Positions 49,223-58,903 of a DNA stretch of 64,000 nucleotides are shown in pieces (positions within the stretch are counted from its first letter, which is position 1; each line of letters begins with the position of its first letter). The translations under genes and the position numbers were made by a program. The stretch is from Clostridiaceae bacterium (GTDB lineage: Bacteria > Bacillota > Clostridia > Saccharofermentanales > DTU023). Where the stretch lies: contig DUPV01000054.1 of NCBI GenBank assembly GCA_012838135.1, forward strand, positions 4,270 to 68,269, written 5' to 3'. The notes under the pieces were generated by a model. It was not told the origin of the DNA. It searched no databases and worked only from the letters and a program-made list of their open reading frames with translations.

Positions 49223-49362
49223 CGTTAACCTCCAAAACCAGACTACGCTTTTGTTATCGTCTATTGCTATTTATAGTAACAAAAAAACATAAATAGATAA
49301 TTTAATTTTTAATTAATTCTTGATTTTTTCAGAATAATATTTATAAAAGATAAAATATATAA

Positions 49363-50205
49363 TCAACAATTAGCCAATTCTAAAATAATAATTTCCGGCG
49401 GATTGTAGAGCCTCGGGATTTTAATATTTTCCCGACTCAATCCGCGACTGACTAACATTTTACTATGTTTTAATTGATAAAAGCCGGAAGTATAATGAGG
49501 AAACAAGCCCTGATGCGGCGCAAAAATTCCGGGCAGAATTTTCGGTATGCGCCAATGACCGCCATGAACATGTCCGCTCAAAACCAAATCATGTCGTATT
49601 TGATTATAATCGTCAATCCGCTCCGGTCGATGAGCTAACAAAAAGGTAAAAATACTTGCATCGCTATTCTGAATTGCCTTTAATTGCCGGTTATATTCTA
49701 CATTGCCGATTTCCGGATCAGACAGACCTTTGATAATTAAGCTGTTACCCTTAATGACAATTTCAGCTTGCTCACCGGATAAAATCTTCATGCCTAAAGC
49801 ACTGACCCTTTGTTTAATCTGCTCTATCCCATCCGTATAAAATTCATGATTCCCGAAAACATAATAAGCGGGATATTTATCGGATAATCGTTGCAAAGTA
49901 ATATATGCATTATCATTCGGCATTTTATCATCGATAATATCTCCGACAAAAAACACCAAATCAGGTTGATTAGAGTCAATCGCTTGAATTAAATCATTTT
50001 GATTTTCACCATAATAACAGCTGTGCAAATCTGTAATAAGCGCCACCTTAAACGAACTATCAATTTTAGGTGATAACATTTTATATTTTGTCACGATTAA
50101 CGTGTTGTTCAGTCCTTTGATAATAAAAATCAATAGCAATATAAAAATAATAATTATTATAGCAATTAAATATTTGCTGATAAAAAACCTCCAATATACC
50201 AACAA
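49363..50205 (-). CDS. membrane-anchored metallophosphoesterase (YkuE/calcineurin-like)
   Basis: DLHS, GDIID, GNHE, and the GH.H-type motif SGHVHGG. N-terminal TM. The start (TTG at 50205) is uncertain. Confidence 0.8.
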   Translation of the reverse strand: MLVYWRFFISKYLIAIIIIIFILLLIFIIKGLNNTLIVTKYKMLSPKIDSSFKVALITDLHSCYYGENQNDLIQAIDSNQPDLVFFVGDIIDDKMPNDNAYITLQRLSDKYPAYYVFGNHEFYTDGIEQIKQRVSALGMKILSGEQAEIVIKGNSLIIKGLSDPEIGNVEYNRQLKAIQNSDASIFTFLLAHRPERIDDYNQIRHDLVLSGHVHGGHWRIPKILPGIFAPHQGLFPHYTSGFYQLKHSKMLVSRGLSRENIKIPRLYNPPEIIILELANC

Positions 50206-50672
50206 TAATTAAAGTCTTTCAAAGTATACATCAGTAAATATTTATTTCAATAATAATCATATTATTTCAATTTTACATTTTCTAATGTTGATTTTAAGCT
50301 TTTCTGTTTTAATCTTGAATTTTTTTACATTATTTTGATTTTTGAAAAGTGACATGCAAATTCTCTAAAAGCTATAGGTAAATTCTTTAAAAAGTGATAA
50401 CTGAGTCACTTGACTTTGGGAATAGTTAATACTACAATCTAATCACTGTTAAGTTATCACTGTTAAGATTAAGGTTTGAAGTATTTATTGTTAATAATAA
50501 TTTTAAAAGTAATTTATGTTCAAATTGCAATTTTATTGGAATTTCATTGTTTAAATGATGGATTTCAAAAAAGACCTCTTTTAAAATTGAAGGAATTTTA
50601 GTGTGCAAATAATAAATTTCAGCGAATCCCCTTATTATTTAGATATTTAGAAGGTAATTTCAAGGAGTTATC

Positions 50673-51461
50673 ATGGAAATTAAAAATATATTTCGTCAAG
50701 TCAATTTGTTCTACATGTTAGTATTTCTTTTTACAGGATTATTATACGGTTTATCTTCTTTCATTTGTAAAACTCTAATGCTCGGTTTTGCGGAAACTGT
50801 TTTACTTACGACAATGTCAGCACAACTGGCTCCAAGCTTAGCTGCCATTATCAGCAAAAAACGTTACTCGGAGACTATCAAGTTTTTTGTAAAGCCTGAA
50901 CTCAATTGGAGTTGGCTTCTCATTATCATTGTTCCGTTTGTCAGTGTTTATTCGCAATATCTAATCTTACAATCAACAGGTCAATCTTTCATAAAGTCAC
51001 CTTTTTTTACCACTCCGTCAATATTAATATTTACAGTAATTACAACATTGATTGGCAGCATCGGTGAAGAAATAGGTTGGCGTGGTTATCTGTACATTAT
51101 TTTACGAAAACATATAAAGCCATGGGTTAGCTCTCTAATCACCGGACTGCTCTGGGGACTCTGGCATTTCACAAAAATTTTCCAGTTAGGGTTTGCGCAC
51201 TATTGTCTCTTCACTCTTTCTGTAATTCCTGTCAGCATGTTGATGACTTACATCAACAATCAAGCAAAAGGAAGTATTTTACCTTCGATTTTATTTCACA
51301 CATTTTTAAATTTATCTTTTATGTACTTGCTCTTTGAACGAGAAACAATTGTCGGCTATTTGATTAGTATTTTAGTTTTAAGTATCATTTTATTATTTAT
51401 ACGATTCATTGATCAGGAATACTTTAAACAAAATACAATTGATAACCAAAACTATGACTGA
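50673..51461 (+). CDS. CPBP-family intramembrane glutamic endopeptidase (CAAX/Abi-like)
   Basis: Motif 1 EEIGWRGYL, motif 2 WGLWH, and a third motif FHTFLN, in a multi-TM protein. Confidence 0.8.
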   Translation: MEIKNIFRQVNLFYMLVFLFTGLLYGLSSFICKTLMLGFAETVLLTTMSAQLAPSLAAIISKKRYSETIKFFVKPELNWSWLLIIIVPFVSVYSQYLILQSTGQSFIKSPFFTTPSILIFTVITTLIGSIGEEIGWRGYLYIILRKHIKPWVSSLITGLLWGLWHFTKIFQLGFAHYCLFTLSVIPVSMLMTYINNQAKGSILPSILFHTFLNLSFMYLLFERETIVGYLISILVLSIILLFIRFIDQEYFKQNTIDNQNYD

Positions 51462-52074
51462 AAAACCAGAAGTAAAGATGGCAAAAGAAAATTATCATCA
51501 CGGAAATCTTCCTCAAGCCTTGTTACGTCAAGGCTTGCACATGCTGACAGAATACGGAGAGGAAAAACTTTCGCTGAGAGAAGTCGCAAAACACTGTGGC
51601 GTAAGTCCTGCTGCCCCATATTCACACTTTAAAAACAAAAATGATTTTATCCAGGCAATCAATAATTATGTCATGCTTAAATTAACTGAAGAACTGCAAG
51701 AAACTGAAAAACTTTATTCCGGAAAAAAATCACTCATTATTGAACTCGGCCTAACTTATGTCCTGTTTTTTTTGAAAAATCCTAACTGTTTTTCTATATT
51801 ATTCAGCCAAAGCAACCATGCCGAAGCCATTCTTTTTGATTATCAAGATAATGCAAATCCTGCTTTTTCGGTACTCAAACATGCGGCTGAATCGATTTTT
51901 GAAAACTTCCCCATATCCGAAGAACAAAAACACAATATCTTGCTGGCAATGTGGTCAATGGTTCACGGTTTAGCTGCAACCGTATCAATGCCGGGTGTAG
52001 CCGAGCGTATGCAACAAGATCTAGATACTGAACAACGTTTACGAGATATTCTTACGGCATTTCAACAATCATAA
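51454..52074 (+). CDS. TetR/AcrR-family transcriptional regulator
   Basis: N-terminal HTH LSLREVAKHCGVSPAAPYSHFKNK. ATG at 51454 overlaps the CPBP stop (ATGACTGA). An alternative start is at 51478. Confidence 0.85.
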   Translation: MTEKPEVKMAKENYHHGNLPQALLRQGLHMLTEYGEEKLSLREVAKHCGVSPAAPYSHFKNKNDFIQAINNYVMLKLTEELQETEKLYSGKKSLIIELGLTYVLFFLKNPNCFSILFSQSNHAEAILFDYQDNANPAFSVLKHAAESIFENFPISEEQKHNILLAMWSMVHGLAATVSMPGVAERMQQDLDTEQRLRDILTAFQQS

Positions 52075-52083
52075 TTAATTACA

Positions 52084-54189
52084 TCAACCAAATAGTGAAA
52101 ATGCAAGAAAAATGGATGCCATCAAGGAAGAGAGCAAAGACACCACTGTGATTTGCGTATTGATTGAAGGTCCGGCTGTATCCTTAAACGGATCACCGAC
52201 TGTATCACCGACAACCGCCGCTTTATGGGCTTCAGAACCTTTTCCTCCGCAATTACCCGCCTCTACATACTTCTTAGCATTATCCCAGAGACCGCCTGCA
52301 TTTGACATAAAAAGTGAAAGCAATAAACCGCTAACAATATTGCCGGTCAGGAATCCGCCAATCGCCGAAACGCCTCCGGTAAAACCGACGACAATAGTTG
52401 CTACTATAGCAAATAAACCGGCAGGAATGAGTTCTCGCAATGCTCCGTCAGTCGCTATGGAAATACATTTATCATATTCAGGAACAACACCTTCCTTGCC
52501 TTCTTGCAGTCCTTCAATTTCATCAAACTGGCGATGAATTTCCTCAACCATACGGACGGCATTCCTGTCTACCCCTCGCATTAACATGGCTGAAAAGACT
52601 GCCGGAACGGCAGCACCGACAATTAAGCCGAAAAAGACTAAAGGATTGATGATATCAAATCCTTCTAAAAGGTTTTCACCTGCCTTAACAATCCCCTGTT
52701 CGACTGCCGCCACATTAACCTCGGTCATGTAAGCACCTAACATGGAAATGACCGTCAAACCCGCAGCGCCGATTGCAAATCCTTTTGTAATGGCTTTGAC
52801 CGTATTACCGGCACTATCCAATTCATCCGTTATTTCCAAAGCATCATCCCCCAAATCCGCCATTTCCACCAGACCGCGTGCATTATCAACTATTGGTCCA
52901 TAAGCATCATTGGAAATAATCATACCCACAATTGACAGCATACCCACGGCAGACATTGCAATGCCATACATGGCGTAACCATCACCCAACGGACTACATA
53001 AAGTGTATGCCAGTAAAGCTGCAACCGCAATTCCCAGCATAGCGGGAAGCACACTGATAAAGGAATAAGAAATGCCCGAAAGAATGGTAAAGGCCGGACC
53101 TGATTTAGACATGTTGGCTACAGTACGAACTGGCGGACGTTCATCATTCGTAAAATAATCAGTTGTCAGACCAATTATTAAACCTACAGCTAACCCGACA
53201 GCTGCAGCTCCCCATACCCTCCAGGAGAAATTGAACAGAGCAGTCAAACCTGCAGTCAAAATAAGATACACAACTGTGGTCACATAAGTACTGGAATTCA
53301 ATACTTTTGTCGGATTTGCACCCTCTTTCAAACGAGCGGTGCCTACGCCGATGATAGATGCCAACAGACCTACCGTCGCATAACAAAACACCGTCATGAC
53401 ATTTAAATTACCGCCTGCCTGTTGGTCTAGTGATATTCCCATAACCAACGCAGCTGCCATAGCTGCAACATTGGAGTCAAACAAATCTGCACCCATACCA
53501 GCAACATCACCGACATTATCACCTACATTATCGGCAATGACAGCCGGATTGCGCGGATCGTCCTCGGGCATTCCCAAGGTAACTTTACCAACCAGATCGG
53601 CACTGATATCCGCCGTCTTGGTAAAAATACCACCGCCTGCTTTAGCAAACAATGCCATTGAGCTGGCTCCAAAACTAAATCCCAGCAAGGTCAACGCATC
53701 ACCGGTCAGAGCATAAATTCCACATACGCCCAGCAGACTGGCACCGACTACTGCCATACCCATAACCGCTCCTCCGCGAAAACCGCTGAGAAAAGACAGA
53801 CTGATTCCATGCTTAGCGGCAGCTTCAGCTGCACGAACATTGGCTCGTGTCGCAACTGCAATGCCAATTTTTCCTGCTAATCCGGAAAAAACTGTGCCGG
53901 AAATATAGGCTAAAGCCATAGAAATATTAGTCAGAACACTTCCCTGCCAAATCGGCTTGGGCAGAAACAATAAAATTAAACTAGCAACTGCCAAAGAAAA
54001 ATATGTCAAATAGCGATACTCCCGTTTAAGAAAAGTGTTAGATCCGTCACGAATCAACTCCGACAATTCAAGCGCTCGTTTATTCTCAACCTTGATACCA
54101 ACCAACCAGCGATAGAGCAGCCAAGCTACAATAAAAGCCAGTATACCAACCGCAAATGAAACTATAAGAATAACAGTTAATTGATCCAT
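52084..54189 (-). CDS. hppA: membrane-bound proton/sodium-translocating pyrophosphatase
   Basis: GGGIFTKAADI-like GGGIFTKTADI, DNVGDNVGD, and GDTVGDPFKDTAGPS. About 700 aa and multi-TM. ATG at 54189 follows AAAGGAG. Confidence 0.95.
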   Translation of the reverse strand: MDQLTVILIVSFAVGILAFIVAWLLYRWLVGIKVENKRALELSELIRDGSNTFLKREYRYLTYFSLAVASLILLFLPKPIWQGSVLTNISMALAYISGTVFSGLAGKIGIAVATRANVRAAEAAAKHGISLSFLSGFRGGAVMGMAVVGASLLGVCGIYALTGDALTLLGFSFGASSMALFAKAGGGIFTKTADISADLVGKVTLGMPEDDPRNPAVIADNVGDNVGDVAGMGADLFDSNVAAMAAALVMGISLDQQAGGNLNVMTVFCYATVGLLASIIGVGTARLKEGANPTKVLNSSTYVTTVVYLILTAGLTALFNFSWRVWGAAAVGLAVGLIIGLTTDYFTNDERPPVRTVANMSKSGPAFTILSGISYSFISVLPAMLGIAVAALLAYTLCSPLGDGYAMYGIAMSAVGMLSIVGMIISNDAYGPIVDNARGLVEMADLGDDALEITDELDSAGNTVKAITKGFAIGAAGLTVISMLGAYMTEVNVAAVEQGIVKAGENLLEGFDIINPLVFFGLIVGAAVPAVFSAMLMRGVDRNAVRMVEEIHRQFDEIEGLQEGKEGVVPEYDKCISIATDGALRELIPAGLFAIVATIVVGFTGGVSAIGGFLTGNIVSGLLLSLFMSNAGGLWDNAKKYVEAGNCGGKGSEAHKAAVVGDTVGDPFKDTAGPSINTQITVVSLLSSLMASIFLAFSLFG

Positions 54190-54597
54190 AGATCGCACTC
54201 CTTTCAGGGACAATAAATTCAATATTATCTTTTTACAACAATCAAACTATAAATCTGATACTCATTTTTGGAACAACTATAATAAAAATCTAAATACTCC
54301 ATTTTAGAATAACCAGAATATAAATCTGCTGCCCTCTATTGTGACAATATTATTTTGTTTTTTCAATGAATATTAAGTAAATTTTTACAAATCCTTCACA
54401 AGTAATTAATCTGTTTAGAATCTTCTTGAGCAAAGATACATTATTTAATTTTATATACATTTTACTAACTTTCCACAGCTCTCCTTAATTGCATGAAAAA
54501 ATGAACTCAATGCGGAATAGAATTCAGCCAATGGAAAGGATCTCCAGCTTCATGTTAATATACTTACATCTATTAATTGGGGAGGCCTTTCCGGCAC

Positions 54598-55926
54598 ATG
54601 AAAAAACACAATAAAATAATTTTAACTTTTCTTGCATTAATTTTACTACTCATAGGTTGTTCAAAGTATGATCGTCCTGAAACAAAGAAGGCATCTGTTT
54701 CTGAAACAACGGAAAGTATTACAACAGAAGAAACAACATCAGAAAAAACTGAATCAGAAAAAACTGAATCAGAAAAAACTAAAAAAACAACTGCTGTAGC
54801 TGCGACAAAAGAAATCAAGCCAAAACATCTCGAAAAACTAGAAGTTCACTTTTTGGATGTAGGACAAGGCGATAGCATTTTAATTAAAAATCATGACTAT
54901 AACATGCTGATTGACGGCGGTTCACAGGATCAAAGTAGTTATAACTATCTACAAGATCAAAACATTGATTTTTTAGATTATGTAATCGCAACACATCCAC
55001 ATGAAGATCATATTGGCGGGCTTATTGAAATTGTAGAAAACATCAAAATAGGCACGATTATTATGCCCAATGTAACTCATACTTCTGAGACCTTTGATCA
55101 TTTCCTTACATCTGTTGCCTTTAGCGGAGCTAAGGTTTTGCAGCCAGCTGTTGGTGACATCTATAATTTAGGTGATGCCAGTTTCACTATTATTGCACCC
55201 ATTTCCGATTCTTATGAAGATTTAAACAATTATTCTATTGCACTAAAATTAAATCATGGCAACAATTCATTTCTTTTTACGGGAGACATTGAAGTAATTT
55301 CAGAGTCTGAAATAATTAACAGCAATCAAGATATAACTGCTGACGTGTTAAAAGTTGCTCATCACGGTTCAAATACCGGCACTACCGATCAATTCATCAA
55401 AGCTGTTACTCCAAGTTATGCCATTATTTCCTGCGCTAAAGATAATTCTTATGGTTATCCGAATCTTGAAGTATTGCAAAGATTAAGGGACAACAATATT
55501 GATATATACAGAACTGATTTGCAGAAGTCCATTATTGCATCTTCAGATGGAAAAAGTATATCGTTTAATCAAAATCCTAATAATGAACTGATGGCCGGTA
55601 CTTTGCCAACGACGGAAGCAATTCAAACAGTAACTACACAAGCGCCTCTCTCTGTTGAACCTCAAGCCACCAGTGCAACTACTATCGAACAAATTACACA
55701 GACAGTTGTACCAACATCAGTTCCACCAACAACTGCTTTAGCTACCGAGGCACCAACAACTCAATCTGCAGTTGCACCGTATATAGGAAATGCGAATACG
55801 GGGAAATTTCACCATAGCAATTGCAGTTCTGTTGATCAAATGAATCCAAATAATAAAGTGCCGATCTTCGACAGAAATACTGCAATTGATCAGGGTTATG
55901 TTCCTTGCAAAAGATGTAACCCATAA
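54598..55926 (+). CDS. exported ComEC-related metallo-beta-lactamase-fold lipoprotein with a C-terminal Ada-like zinc-binding module
   Basis: Lipobox LIG-C (Cys21). MBL motifs FLDVGQGDS, THPHEDHIGG and VAHHGS. A T/P/A-rich linker is followed by GKFHHSNCSSV...GYVPCKRCNP (compare the Ada N-terminus ..FCRPSC...GFRPCKRCQP). Confidence 0.85.
   Translation: MKKHNKIILTFLALILLLIGCSKYDRPETKKASVSETTESITTEETTSEKTESEKTESEKTKKTTAVAATKEIKPKHLEKLEVHFLDVGQGDSILIKNHDYNMLIDGGSQDQSSYNYLQDQNIDFLDYVIATHPHEDHIGGLIEIVENIKIGTIIMPNVTHTSETFDHFLTSVAFSGAKVLQPAVGDIYNLGDASFTIIAPISDSYEDLNNYSIALKLNHGNNSFLFTGDIEVISESEIINSNQDITADVLKVAHHGSNTGTTDQFIKAVTPSYAIISCAKDNSYGYPNLEVLQRLRDNNIDIYRTDLQKSIIASSDGKSISFNQNPNNELMAGTLPTTEAIQTVTTQAPLSVEPQATSATTIEQITQTVVPTSVPPTTALATEAPTTQSAVAPYIGNANTGKFHHSNCSSVDQMNPNNKVPIFDRNTAIDQGYVPCKRCNP
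54739..54783 (+). repeat. 15-bp tandem repeat x3 inside the MBL lipoprotein linker
   Basis: tcagaaaaaactgaa occurs three times (the third copy is slightly degenerate), encoding (SEKTE)n. Confidence 0.85.
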
Positions 55927-56053
55927 TGCGACACACATGTATGTATATACAAGATATAATTCATAGATATATAAAAGGTATCGTCATGGAGTTTTATAAG
56001 AGATATTGTACTCCATAAACTTTTATCAGAAACACAATTCATAGAGGTTTTGT

Positions 56054-56254
56054 ATGATTATTATGATAATTGATCGTTTTGAAAATGAATATGCTGTATG
56101 TGAGATCGAGGGAGAAATAATAAATATTAAAAAATCTCTTTTGCCTCCCGTAGCAAAAGAGGGTGATGTAATCAGAGTTTCTTTTGAAATAGATCAGGCT
56201 GAAACAGCAAAGAGAAAAGAAAATGTGGCAGAGAAATTAAGTGATCTTTTTTGA
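56054..56254 (+). CDS. DUF3006-family small protein
   Basis: 66 aa starting IDRFENEYAVCE.....I.I.K..LP..AKEGDVI. From memory, this family is a recurrent neighbour of ComEC-like MBL genes. Confidence 0.65.
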   Translation: MIIMIIDRFENEYAVCEIEGEIINIKKSLLPPVAKEGDVIRVSFEIDQAETAKRKENVAEKLSDLF

Positions 56255-56325
56255 TTTTTTCAATTTGCCGTGAAATTACTTTGTTGTTTCTACTAATAAA
56301 AAAGTTCTTTATGTAATAATAAAAT

Positions 56326-57168
56326 TTACAATATGCGCGCACTACGTTTTCTGAGTTCGGCAATTTCAGCACCATACCCTTTTTCCGTTGTCTGAGGCGT
56401 TTCAAGAATAAAAGGCAGATGACGAAGTTGTGGATGCGTGAGTACACCTATAATAGAATCCCAGCCTATTTCTCCTTCACCCAGTAATTCATGCCTATCT
56501 TTACGGGCACCTCTCGGATTTTTACTATCGTTTATATGAATTGCTTTAAGATATTGAAGTCCGATCACTTCATCAAATTCTTGTAAAACACTGTCTATAT
56601 CTTGCAAGTTGTACCCTGCTTCATGAATATGGCAAGTATCAAGGCAAACGCCTAAAGAATCATCGCGATCAACCTTTTTGATAATAGTGGCAAGTTCTTC
56701 AAAACGACTTCCTACTTCGGTTCCCTTTCCTGCCATTGTCTCTAAAAGAACGGTTGATTTTAAGGGACGATCAAGCATTCTTTTTAAATATTCAGAAATT
56801 AATGTAATACCTGTTTCGATTCCTTGTCTTACATGTGACCCTGGATGAAAATTGTAGTAGCTTCCCGGCAGATATTCCAAGCGATCCAAATCTTCACTCA
56901 TGGCAAGTTCGGCAAAGACCAGAACCGATTCCTTGTTTCCCGCCGGATTCATCGTATAAGGAGCATGGGCAACAAGGGGGCCGAATTCATATTTTTCCAG
57001 TTTTTCCCGAGCCTTTTCCAAATCATCCACATCAAGTGCTCGTGCTGAACCACCTCGCGGATTTCGCAGAAAGAAAGCAAATGTATTTGCTCCCATGTCA
57101 ATCGCTCTATCTACCATGTCCTCATATCCCTTGCCTACAGAAAGATGGGCACCGATATATTGTTTCAT
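56326..57168 (-). CDS. nfo: deoxyribonuclease IV (endonuclease IV, AP endonuclease family 2)
   Basis: GAH.S, HAPY, LETMAGKGTE, CLDTCH and H.NDSK motifs. Confidence 0.9.
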   Translation of the reverse strand: MKQYIGAHLSVGKGYEDMVDRAIDMGANTFAFFLRNPRGGSARALDVDDLEKAREKLEKYEFGPLVAHAPYTMNPAGNKESVLVFAELAMSEDLDRLEYLPGSYYNFHPGSHVRQGIETGITLISEYLKRMLDRPLKSTVLLETMAGKGTEVGSRFEELATIIKKVDRDDSLGVCLDTCHIHEAGYNLQDIDSVLQEFDEVIGLQYLKAIHINDSKNPRGARKDRHELLGEGEIGWDSIIGVLTHPQLRHLPFILETPQTTEKGYGAEIAELRKRSARIL

Positions 57169-57306
57169 TTACTCTCCTCTCTGGTCTTTACTGTACTAGA
57201 ACGCCAATTATGTATCTTATTACTGTGTATTTCCATGTGTTGCCGCTTATAACCACAAAATCCACGTATACCTTATCTTGTCTGCACTTATCATGACTTT
57301 TGAATT

Positions 57307-57828
57307 TTATTCCGACTTTTTCCCGAGTAGAGTGCCTCCACAATATTCGCAGTTTTTGACGCGTCCTTGTAAAATCACTGTTTTTGCTCCGCAGTTCGGA
57401 CATGATATTTCTACATATCGATTGCTGCTTCCCAGTGCCAAAAGTACCACTAAATCTTTTTCCCAATCTAAATGTATATTCATTAAATATTCTTTTTTAA
57501 GCAGTCTGTCTATTTGCTTAACCGGATCATTAATCGGAATTTTTTGATTTATTTGCGCCATTTTTATCGACTCTGAAGGTATGCCGTTTAAATAAGAGGC
57601 AATTGCTTTAGCATTTTTAAAATCCTTTTCCTTGATTATTTCTCGAACAATAGGTCTGGCAAAACCAAGAACAAATAATAATGCTAATAAAGCAGCTCCC
57701 CAATTTTCGTCTATTAAGAGATTAATGATCGCCATAATAATGATTAACTCCATAAAAGCACAAAAACCAAGGTAGACTATTCTGCCTCCGGATCTTTCTT
57801 TTACTTTGCTCGTTAAAAACGGATTCAT
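57307..57828 (-). CDS. hypothetical membrane protein with a C-terminal zinc ribbon
   Basis: Two TM segments, then a soluble region ending in CPNCGAKT...CEYCGG. ATG at 57828 follows GGAGGAG. Confidence 0.55.
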   Translation of the reverse strand: MNPFLTSKVKERSGGRIVYLGFCAFMELIIIMAIINLLIDENWGAALLALLFVLGFARPIVREIIKEKDFKNAKAIASYLNGIPSESIKMAQINQKIPINDPVKQIDRLLKKEYLMNIHLDWEKDLVVLLALGSSNRYVEISCPNCGAKTVILQGRVKNCEYCGGTLLGKKSE

Positions 57829-58189
57829 ATGCTCCTCCCTCACAAACTTAAAGCCATCTGAACTGCAGTAAAGGATCGCTTGAAAGATGACCTTAAGGAA
57901 TCGTTAAACTGTTCAGTTAGATCAATATATATTGCGAGAATATCATAAAGTTCGAAAAAGAACTATAGCATTGATTGAATTTAAGTATTATACAAGCGAG
58001 GGAATATATTTAGTCAGGAACACTAAAACCGAGTAATTAAAACTATCAATCAATACATGAGCGTCGATCCAGTGACAAAAACTACCTGATTTGAGAAAAG
58101 AAATCCATGTAAATGTATAGTGCAGTATAGAAAGACAAATTTGATGTGTCATAATTGATTCAAACAGCACAAAATGCTAGCATCGAACC

Positions 58190-58248
58190 AACAGGACATG
58201 CTATGTCTCAAGACAAAATAATTGTATATGGTCCTTTTATGTCCTGTT
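58190..58248. promoter_or_regulatory. 10-bp perfect inverted repeat upstream of the XRE regulator gene (candidate operator)
   Basis: AACAGGACAT (58190-58199) and ATGTCCTGTT (58239-58248), 46 nt upstream of the XRE ATG. An inner GACATgctATGTC lies at 58195-58207. Confidence 0.3.
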
Positions 58249-58293
58249 CTAATTTAAACAGCCTTTCTAAAATAAGATGCAGGGAGGTCATTT

Positions 58294-58794
58294 ATGGACT
58301 TAATGAAAATCGGACAATTTTTAAAAGAATTACGCAATGAGAAGGGGCTATCACAGGAAAATTTCGCAGAAATTTTTAGTGTGGCAAGAAGAACTGTTTC
58401 ACGTTGGGAAACAGGCAGGAATTTACCGGACATTGTCATTCTGGTAGAAATAGCCGAGTTCTATGACCTTGATCTCAGAGAAATCTTAAACGGAGAAAGG
58501 AAGGACAAAAAAATGGATGCAAATGTCAAAGACTCTGTCTTACAAGCAGCACAGTATAGTAACGAGGAAAGAAATATCTTCAGCAGAACAGTAATCAGAC
58601 TTTTTGTATTTGCTTTAATTTTTTCAATATTGAGGATAGTTTTAAACAGACTTGGATTAGCAGGAAAGTGGTTTGATTTTATTGCGGGTTTCTGCGATGG
58701 ATTTGTTGTTGTCTCCTTGGTCGTGGGAATTGTTCACGCTAGTAAGTACAGCGCAAAATTGATTGAAATTAAACAAAGAATCCTAAAAAAGTAA
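58294..58794 (+). CDS. XRE-family HTH transcriptional regulator with C-terminal transmembrane segments
   Basis: HTH_3 pattern IGQFLKELRNEKGLSQENFAEIFSVARRTVSRWETGRNLPD, followed by two hydrophobic helices. Confidence 0.8.
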   Translation: MDLMKIGQFLKELRNEKGLSQENFAEIFSVARRTVSRWETGRNLPDIVILVEIAEFYDLDLREILNGERKDKKMDANVKDSVLQAAQYSNEERNIFSRTVIRLFVFALIFSILRIVLNRLGLAGKWFDFIAGFCDGFVVVSLVVGIVHASKYSAKLIEIKQRILKK

Positions 58795-58811
58795 ACAGTA
58801 TGACAAAAGAA

Positions 58812-58854
58812 CAGCCGCACTGATACAAGTAAAAAGTGTGGCTGTTTGCTTGTT
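58812..58854 (+). terminator. putative rho-independent terminator after the XRE gene
   Basis: CAGCCGCAC (58812-58820) pairs with GTGTGGCTG (58836-58844), including one G-U pair. This is followed by TTTGCTTGTT. Confidence 0.5.
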
Positions 58855-58903
58855 ATTAATCTGATGTCACAAAATACCAATAACCGTTTTATCTATATAT
58901 TTT

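Noticed and set aside
50392-50411. AAGTGA-N8-TCACTT, and the 12-bp direct repeat ATCACTGTTAAG x2 (50442-50467), considered as a TetR operator for the CPBP-TetR operon.
   Set aside because: The arms are only 6 bp and lie about 260 bp upstream of the CPBP start. Such short repeats are common by chance in a 467-bp AT-rich spacer. They are noted but not called.
54338-54348. The ATTGTGACAAT palindrome upstream of hppA shares GTGACAA with the 47.6-kb repeats, which could suggest a common regulator motif.
   Set aside because: GTGACAA/TTGTCAC also occurs inside several coding regions, for example near 18.9, 22.6, 37.5 and 50.1 kb. That frequency is roughly what is expected by chance for a 7-mer in 64 kb, so a shared site is not supported.
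54739-54783. Possible CRISPR-like or regulatory repeat array.
   Set aside because: There are only three contiguous 15-bp units with no spacers. They are in-frame inside a coding sequence, so this is a coding tandem repeat.
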